NCBI RefSeq assembly: GCF_006345805.1 | Contig: NC_042997.1 | Coordinates: 174,344,001 to 174,408,000, forward strand | Source: Octopus sinensis | Taxonomy: Eukaryota | Length of the DNA stretch: 64,000 bases | Direction of reading: 5' to 3' | Shown: one piece after another, positions 55,680 to 64,000 of the stretch | Layout: every line of letters begins with the position of its first letter | How positions within the stretch are numbered: position 1 is the stretch's first letter | Made by a program: the position numbers and the translations under genes | The notes under the pieces: model-generated | What the model saw: the letters and a program-made list of their open reading frames with translations, nothing else | What the model was told of the DNA's origin: nothing | Database searches by the model: none

Positions 55680-56414
55680 ATACATGCATATACATGTATG
55701 CACGTATATAGATATATGTGAATATATCAGTATATGCAGACAATAAACTGTGTGTGTATGTACATTGACTCTCACATGCAAAAAAATGTTTGTAGTGTTT
55801 GTTGCCACCTCAACATAGCTGTTCCGTACGGAACGACGTTACTACTCTTTTGTAACCCCAGGAGAACACCTTCTCTCGCTGGTTAACGTCACAACCTACC
55901 TGTGGCCGAGATATTGTAAACAGCAGAGCGAACCTCTACCATCTAGCAATTTAATAGGAACGGTAGACCAGCCCGGTTTCAGGGTATTTTGGCCTTCCTC
56001 GATACTGGATACTTGTCTGCAAGAGATGGCAGTCATTCGCTCTTAGCTCTCAATATATACAAAAATAAGCAACATTCAGCCGCTGATCTTGCAACAAGCA
56101 AAGTAGCTAGGTCTAAAATCTCTATAAGGAATGCAAGTAGTAACAATGCTGAAAAGTAATGTTTGTTCCCGCTTCAACATGGAGACGAAACGACGTTACT
56201 ACTACTTTTTAATGCTAGGAAACAGCTTCTCCAGCTGGTTAACAACGCAACCTGTATTTTTAATATTTGCAGCTCTTATAGAGATTTTAGAACTAGCTAC
56301 TTTCCTTGTAACACTATTTCTTATTTCCTTTTACTGAACTGTTCAACACTCATACGTTGCAATCGAGGAGAGTGTCCATCATAAAATAGATGTAAGCTCA
56401 CATACATGCTTAAC

Positions 56415-56503
56415 CAGACCACTTCGTCAGGCATCATTGCATAATCATAGCACACATTGATCAATGCATGTTTTGATTATGAATTCATGTCTGAAGTGGT
56501 CTG
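56415..56503. other. 89-nt near-perfect hairpin
   Basis: cagaccactt/aagtggtctg, cataatca/tgattatg, central cattgatcaatg. Confidence 0.7.
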
Positions 56504-56852
56504 AATATCTGGCTCTATTATGAACTATATTAACAAACAAATACTCATTCAACGAAAATGTACGGAACATTATCAAATAACCGACTGTATTAATATCAAT
56601 TTGTTACTGTATTATACTCTGCACTAAATGGGCAGTATGTTGCTGTTACATATTTACCGAGTGATTGCTATCATGTTTTAACCAGATAATATGGCATTTC
56701 TTTGTTTTATAGATTGTTTGATGGGTAAGAAGTATTTACGGTATTCCTTCAGTATAACTTGTTAGACACTCGCATGAAGGGCCTCTGAGGTAAAAATCTT
56801 TACCGCATGGATATATGCATACATGCATATACACACACACACACACACACAT

Positions 56853-56884
<32 letters not shown>

Positions 56885-56945
56885 CATATGCATATATGTA
56901 TATGCATATATACATACATATATGTATATATATACTTACACACAC

Positions 56946-56974
<29 letters not shown>

Positions 56975-56978
<4 letters not shown>

Positions 56979-57521
56979 CATATATGGGTACAGGACGTCA
57001 CAAAACGTAAACAACAGGAAATACGAAATACGAAAACATGGAATACGAACTTTTTTGCGAATAACGAAAGAAACAAATGGAAAAACAAAGCAAGTAATAT
57101 AAAGAACGACCCTTCAATCAGTTGTCGGCTGCTTATCTACTCCATATTTAGAGCAATTATGATAGGATATGCCTTCGAGGAAACAGTTGCTCACGCAACC
57201 TAAAATAAAATTTGGGATTTGTGGAGGGTCAAAGTTGGTAAGGAAAACAGGACAGTGAAGACAAATAGTGAGGGCAACTAAGCCATAACGAGGTGTGGTG
57301 GCGAAGAATTAGAGAAAGGAAAAGGGGAGATAAAAAGAATTAGAGGAAGGAGGAGAGAGGAAACGAAATGAGAGAGGGAGAAAGAGGGAGGGAACAGGAC
57401 AGGATAGAGACGTATCGGAATAATATATACATATATATGGGCTCTTAGGAGCATATATATATATATATGTAAACAAGGGAGGACGAGTGAGGGAAAGAGA
57501 GTGACAGATTAATAGGATAGA

Positions 57522-57554
<33 letters not shown>

Positions 57555-58510
57555 TATACATACATATATGTACATAAATATATAAGTATATATATGCATA
57601 TATGGGTACAGTACGTCACAAAACGTAAACAACATGAAATACATATATGTATGTATGTATGTATGCGCAAGTGCGTGTGTGCCTTCCTTCGTGTTTGTGA
57701 TTGTCCCCCACCCCGCTTAACAACCAGTGCTAGTGTGCTTACGACCCCGTAATTTAGCGTTTCAGCAAAGAGGCCGGCAGAATAAGTACCAAGCTTTTTA
57801 AAAAAATAGCACTGGGGGTCGATACATTCGGCTAAGATTTCTTTAGGCCGATGCCCCAGCATGGCCGCAGTCTAATGACTAAGACAAATAAGACATAAGA
57901 TATATATGTGGATGTGTGTGTGTATATATGTATATATGTAAGTTCATATGAAAATGGAAAACAAAGCAAACAACATAAAGAACATAAAGTTGTTGCCTGT
58001 TTTTCTACTCCCGTATTTCGAGCATTTAACAACAATATACGCTTTCGATAAAACAGTTGCTCCTGCAAAGCAAATTAAATAAAATTTGGGATTTTGCGGA
58101 GGGTAAAAATTGGTAACACAAACACAACAGTGAAAGCAAACAGGAACAGCTGCTAAGCCTGAACGAGTTTGTGGTGCCGAACGCGTAAATCAAGCTTGAA
58201 CAGGAGGTAAACAAGAACACGTCTGCCTTGTTCCAGCTACAACGGAAAGAAAGAAAGAAAGATGGCCTATGATCACGTTGGAGCCACGTAAACAAGGGAG
58301 GACGAGTGAGGGAAAGAGAGTGACAGATTAATAGGATAGAATAGTGGGAGAAGAGGGGGTAAAATAATAAGAGAGAGAAAGGGAGAAAAACGAAAGAGTA
58401 AAAAGATCGTATAGAGTGCGATCAGAATTATTAAGATGAAACTTACTTGGAAGGGGATGCGTGGCGTTCATACACACATATGCATATATGGGTACAGGAC
58501 AGAGCATCAA
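56975..58510 (-). repeat. Two diverged tandem copies plus fragments of a ~500-bp non-coding unit
   Basis: atatgggtacag at 56981, 57601 and 58486. An identical ~55-bp block at 57472 and 58290. 57170-57330 resembles 58045-58200. Confidence 0.7.
57670..57900 (+). mobile_element. SINE family B, 3' half
   Basis: cttaacaaccagtgctagtgtg..agaataagtacc..cagcatggccgcagtc..gactaagacaaataa. Confidence 0.7.
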
Positions 58511-59411
58511 AAACATTTGCTGCTTTGTATTAAGCTTTGCCTAGCTAGAATTCATGAAAAGCATTCTAAGCAGCTCTGATTAAATCAAAGCAGTGTATAC
58601 CGAAAAATGAAATAACAAAGAAATTGTGGAATATAAATTTAAATAAATCGTTACTGACCCTCTACCTTTAATTAATTCATGATTTACAGTAGGTGTGTAT
58701 TTTGTTGTTTATGCATTAAAACAGCAGTACTTAGTGGGTTGTGAATTACCAATTCAAAAATCTATAACTGATGAAGCGTAACATGTTACCTAACCTAGGT
58801 TAGTTTTAAACGACAGATCTTTTATTGTAAACTTTCCCACCATGGCCCTCCAATATGTATATCTAGAACTACGTTATCTAATGAGTCGTTTGAGATGTCC
58901 GGATAATCTGAACTGAGTGCAATTTCACTGATATTTCCAGAGACCCCTTTGTTGGTTCATCGTCTTTTGATTATTTTGATTGCAGTGGTGGTGATGATGG
59001 TGGTTGTGATGACGAAGATGGTGTTGGAGGTTTTGGTGGGTAACGTGACAGTTGTGGTGATAGTCATGATGGTCGCCGTAGTGGCTGCGGTATTAGTGGT
59101 GGTGGTGGTGGTGGTAGTAGAGAATTTCACCTTTAATTACTGTCATTTCTTTTTATATTTATTTGAATTTCTTTACATATATATATAAGTACCTATCAAT
59201 CGTTGTAAGAAATATTCCAAACAGTCTGCTTAGTTCAACATATGCTTTTGTAAAGAAATGCGATTGGTAGTACGTAAATAAAACATACTTAGCTATTTCA
59301 TACGAAAAACATATATCTGATGAAAAACAGGGGAGATGGAATAATGGAGAGGGAGAGGGGTGTTACAGGAAATAAAACCCGAACAAGTGAAGGAACAAAC
59401 AAATATATATA

Positions 59412-59473
<62 letters not shown>

Positions 59474-59858
59474 ATATATACGTATATATACATCAAATTA
59501 GACATACATACATATATATGTATCTACAGATATGTATATTTATATGAATAAATATGTAAGTATATGTATATATATATATTCAAGTATGTATATATGTATG
59601 AATGTTCATATAGAAAAGAATGTATGCGTATGTATATTAATGCTCCTAGTTCATTTATATATGCGTCTGCATGCATATATACATACATGCATATAAGCAT
59701 ACTTACATACATAAATGTAATATATATAATGAAAAAAATAGTTAATATAAAAAATACAACAAAAAATCGATTACCATCAACTCTGCAATTCTAAAAAAAA
59801 CGTGTATTAATGCATTAAGTTTTATTCCTTCCAAAGTCCTGTTGACTGCTGTTCATGA

Positions 59859-59895
<37 letters not shown>

Positions 59896-60664
59896 ACACA
59901 CACACACACTCATACATGTATGTGAGCATAGAAATATATATATGCATATATAAGCTTATATATGTATAAGCTTGGGCGCGTGTATGCATATATGTATATA
60001 TTCATACATACGTATACTATACACTCATATATATATATATTTGACATAGACATATATGCATATATATACGTACTGTTGTATGGAGAAATTCGATTTGTCT
60101 ATCAATCTATCTGCGTGGACTATCTTGCCGTCCACCAGAGAATAAGCTATTTTGAAACATTTCAAACGGTTTATTGATCCTCTTTTACTTGTAAACACGA
60201 AGTAACAACATCGTTATTACTTTTAGCAACAGTAATCGGGCGAACAATGGCATTGCATCTAAGTTATATTATATTTGTGTTATATATTATATTTTGCTTA
60301 TATCGTATTATATGTTGCAATTCACTTGGTCACACACCCACGCATACACACACACATGGGCGCGCACACACACACACACGCACACACATATATATCTGTA
60401 TACATATACGTACATATACATATGTGTGTGTGTATGCATGTATGAGTATTTATATATTTATACATACACTCATAGATTCACACACACACACGCAGACACA
60501 CACATATATATATATGTATACATATATACGTACATATATGTGAGGGTGCGTGTATGTGTATTTATTTATTTATATATATATGTATATCTATATATTTATA
60601 TGCATATGTATATCTATATATTCATATGCATATGCATATATATATACATATATATATATGTATA

Positions 60665-60705
<41 letters not shown>

Positions 60706-61249
60706 TATATATTATATATATATATATATATATATTTGTGACTGTTTAAAGAAAATGTAGTAAAGAGACAAGAAGTGATATAGAGACGGACGAACTGACA
60801 GACAGAAAGAGAGCGAAAGGAAAGAGGTGAAAGCAAAGTAAGAATGATTGATAGATTAACAGACGCACGTACACATGCGTACACTCACATACACATACAC
60901 ATGCTTACGTCTGATAAGCTTATACATAGTCATGCTGTGTAAATGGCTCCTTTGGTTAAGTCGTAAGACCTTTTGCACAAAATGAACCGTAGAACAGTTA
61001 GTTTCATATGCCATATAGGCGACAGAACCATAACCAAATGTGTCTGTATATAGGTATAGAACCACATCTGAATGGTACGTATTTCGACTTGGCCAAATAT
61101 GGCGTATTTCTACTAAAAAGTGCTCGACAAACAAATAAATTTGATCTAAGAATTCGTCTTAGCATATTCTCTTTATTTCATAAAATATGATTCTAGAAAG
61201 TTGATGACGTTTGAATATAATATAAATAATATATTATCATGTGGTCACG

Positions 61250-61519
61250 TGACCGACCAGTCCATCAGATGTAGTTACACATCGCTGGTCACAATGCGTT
61301 CGCATTGTTTTAGCCCGCTAGCTAAGCTAAGCGAGCAGGCCAACAGAAGAAAGAGCAGGAGAAAGAGTACAGCAGGGATCACCACCCCCTGTCGGAGCCT
61401 CGTGGAGCTTTTATGTGTTTTCGCTCAATAAACACTCACAACGCCCGGTCTGGGAATCGAAACCGCGATCCTACGACCGCGAGTCCGCTGCCCTAACCAC
61501 TAGGCCATTGCGCCTCCAC
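61250..61519 (-). mobile_element. tRNA-derived SINE (core 2, tail gamma)
   Basis: ggcgcaatggcctagtggttagggc..ggtttcgattccc. Confidence 0.85.
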
Positions 61520-61647
61520 ATAATATAATATAATATAATATAATATAATATAATATAATATATATAATAATATAATATAATATAATATAATATAATATAA
61601 TAATATAATATAATATAATGTAATATAATATAATATAATATAATATA
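61519..61647. repeat. (TATAA)n pentanucleotide repeat
   Basis: Direct reading. Confidence 0.95.
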
Positions 61648-61832
61648 TTCTGTTGTGTCTGGGGAGAGTCATTTTCTTTTTGTGCCTTGTGATTTAACAC
61701 ACTGACAGGTAAAATTTCCACTTATTTATTTTTATTTTCCTAAAATTTTCGTTGCGTCTTGTAACCTTTTCAATAATCTGTTAAATTATAAGGCACAAAA
61801 AGAAAATGACTTTCCCCAATCACAGCAGAATA
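61646..61832. mobile_element. 187-bp MITE with 44-bp TIRs
   Basis: tattctgttgtgtctggggagagtcattttctttttgtgcctt and its reverse complement at 61790-61832. Confidence 0.8.
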
Positions 61833-62725
61833 TGCTTCAACACACAAACTCACATAAAGAATTTTGCAAACCAAATCCAAAAACGAAATAATATAATATA
61901 AGCTCATAGTCAGAACGCAGATTGTGAAAATACTTAAGTAAAGTTATTGCCGTGTTCACACTGTTCATAAGCTTTCACGGACATTCCGAATATTGTGATT
62001 ATTACATTTTGCAGGACCGTCTTAAGAACATTTGTAGAACAATATTCAAATAGATTTTTACACATTTACAATACATAAGGCAAATGAATGTCATTATAGC
62101 TAAGTACCTTTTAGCGATATGGTTCTTGGCTTCTACAATTCCTTATTCGTTTCAATTCGTCTCATTTTTCTCGTAACTTCGCTTCGCATTACACACGCAA
62201 AAAGCCCGATGATTATAAAATTTACCCTCAGCACTACACTACAAGGTCTGCTTCTTACATGAAACCAGTGGTAACATAGATGTGAATAATTGTATTATAT
62301 GCAAAATAATGTAAATATTTCACTTATCATCTAATAAACTGAGTTCCTTCAAAACGTTGACATATAATATACAATTTAGAAGCACTCACAAAGAAACACA
62401 AAAACCTACACATAGACATAGATAATCCAATAAAGGGTTTATGTTATCATAGTCCTTTTACTCTTAATATCGGGTTGCACTTCTTCAAATCAAAATATTA
62501 TTCTGTATAAGCGTTAAACGGAAACTGTATAAATCTCAGGTTTATACAGTTTTACTTCTACAATTATCCTTAGCTCCTGTTTATGAAGTGCGTATCTCTC
62601 CTTATGTTTTTATAAACAAAAATACACACTCACACACACGCACAGACACATACACACACACACACACACAGAAACACATACATGCACGCGCACACAACAA
62701 ACATATAAAATATGTGTTAATATTT

Positions 62726-62757
<32 letters not shown>

Positions 62758-62858
62758 TGTGTGTGTATGTGCGTGTGCGATTGTAACTATATATATCATT
62801 TTTAGATAAACAGATAACGAAACAGATAAATATAGATAGTAAGATATTAGATATTTAT

Positions 62859-62932
<74 letters not shown>

Positions 62933-63765
62933 GAGGGGAGAGAGATCTGTGTGTGAGTGTGCGCGCGTGTGTGAATATGTAAACGATGTATGCTTTAGTC
63001 AAGGCTTCACTTGCATTTAAATATTAAACGAATATATATGTAATGGCATACATTCAGACCTATATATATATATATACATACAGGCACATAGAGCGGTGTA
63101 TGTGTATATGCATACATACAACTACATAAAACAACATTGCGTATGTAATTGTGTGTATATATGTGACTTGTGATCGTAGTTGTATTTGTGCCTGTGTGGT
63201 TTTGTATCCACCCGTATTTAGGGTATATTTATGGGTGCGCATATCAAAACTCAATAGGCGAAAAGATATATGATACGAAGTAGCTCATGTTCTGTTAGAT
63301 CAAGTGTAGGGTCTGCGATTCGTACGGGGTGTGTGAGTGCAAAACTCCTGTTCCTATATGTGGATGTGGTTTCGTATGAAGGAGACTGTCATAGATACAG
63401 CCATATGTATACACACACACATATGTATACACACATATATATATATATACACATATATGTATATATACATACATAAGGTTACAAACACGAAGGCACTCTT
63501 ACATGTGTGGATATATAAATATACATGGGTGTGTGTACAGATATACCTGCGTGTGTGTGTATATATGCACACACCTCACCATGGGTTGTTGTATATGCAT
63601 ATGCCCTCGAGATGACCAATCACTTGTAGGTGAAATTTCGGAGAGGAAAATTGCGCAAAAGACATTTCTGTATGAATATATGATTTTTACGGTGTCTATG
63701 TATGTACGCATATATGTATGTGCGTATATATCTATATATGTATATATACATATATATATAGATAC

Positions 63766-63796
<31 letters not shown>

Positions 63797-63876
63797 ATAC
63801 ATACATATATATATATATGTATATATATACATACTACATATATGTATATATGTATATATCCATATATATATGTGTG

Positions 63877-63947
<71 letters not shown>

Positions 63948-64000
63948 ATATAAAGCTTGTGTAAATTTGCCTGTGTATGTAAGTTAATGCACAAGATAAT

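Noticed and set aside
58767-58820. CUGAUGAAG followed by two palindromes
   Set aside because: G12 is missing (UAAAC) and there is no stem I/III pairing

Overview
This is AT-rich, microsatellite-dense eukaryotic DNA. The SINE families and simple-repeat load suggest an octopus/cephalopod genome; that is inference from remembered repeat families, not a search result. No host gene can be named, and only one plausible orphan exon was seen (33297-33431, minus). Most ORFs in the track are translations of (TA)n/(CA)n/(GATA)n repeats and are not genes. The window is a transposon graveyard. It contains two R4/Dong-type RLE retrotransposons at (TAA)n tracts, L1/Tx1, RTE and HERO/NeSL-like LINE fragments, two Penelope-like elements (PLE), mariner, Tc1 and DD41D transposon relics, MITEs, a probable Helitron, three tRNA-SINE superfamilies and a near-identical 1.3 kb tandem duplication. 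The main unannotated signal is at least 10 type I hammerhead-ribozyme motifs, read by eye. They lie in short non-coding units flanked by (TA)n or downstream of PLE ORFs. Several unrelated units share the same non-canonical core features (an unpaired A before GAAA; CCGA instead of CUGA). Folds were derived by hand and none has been tested.
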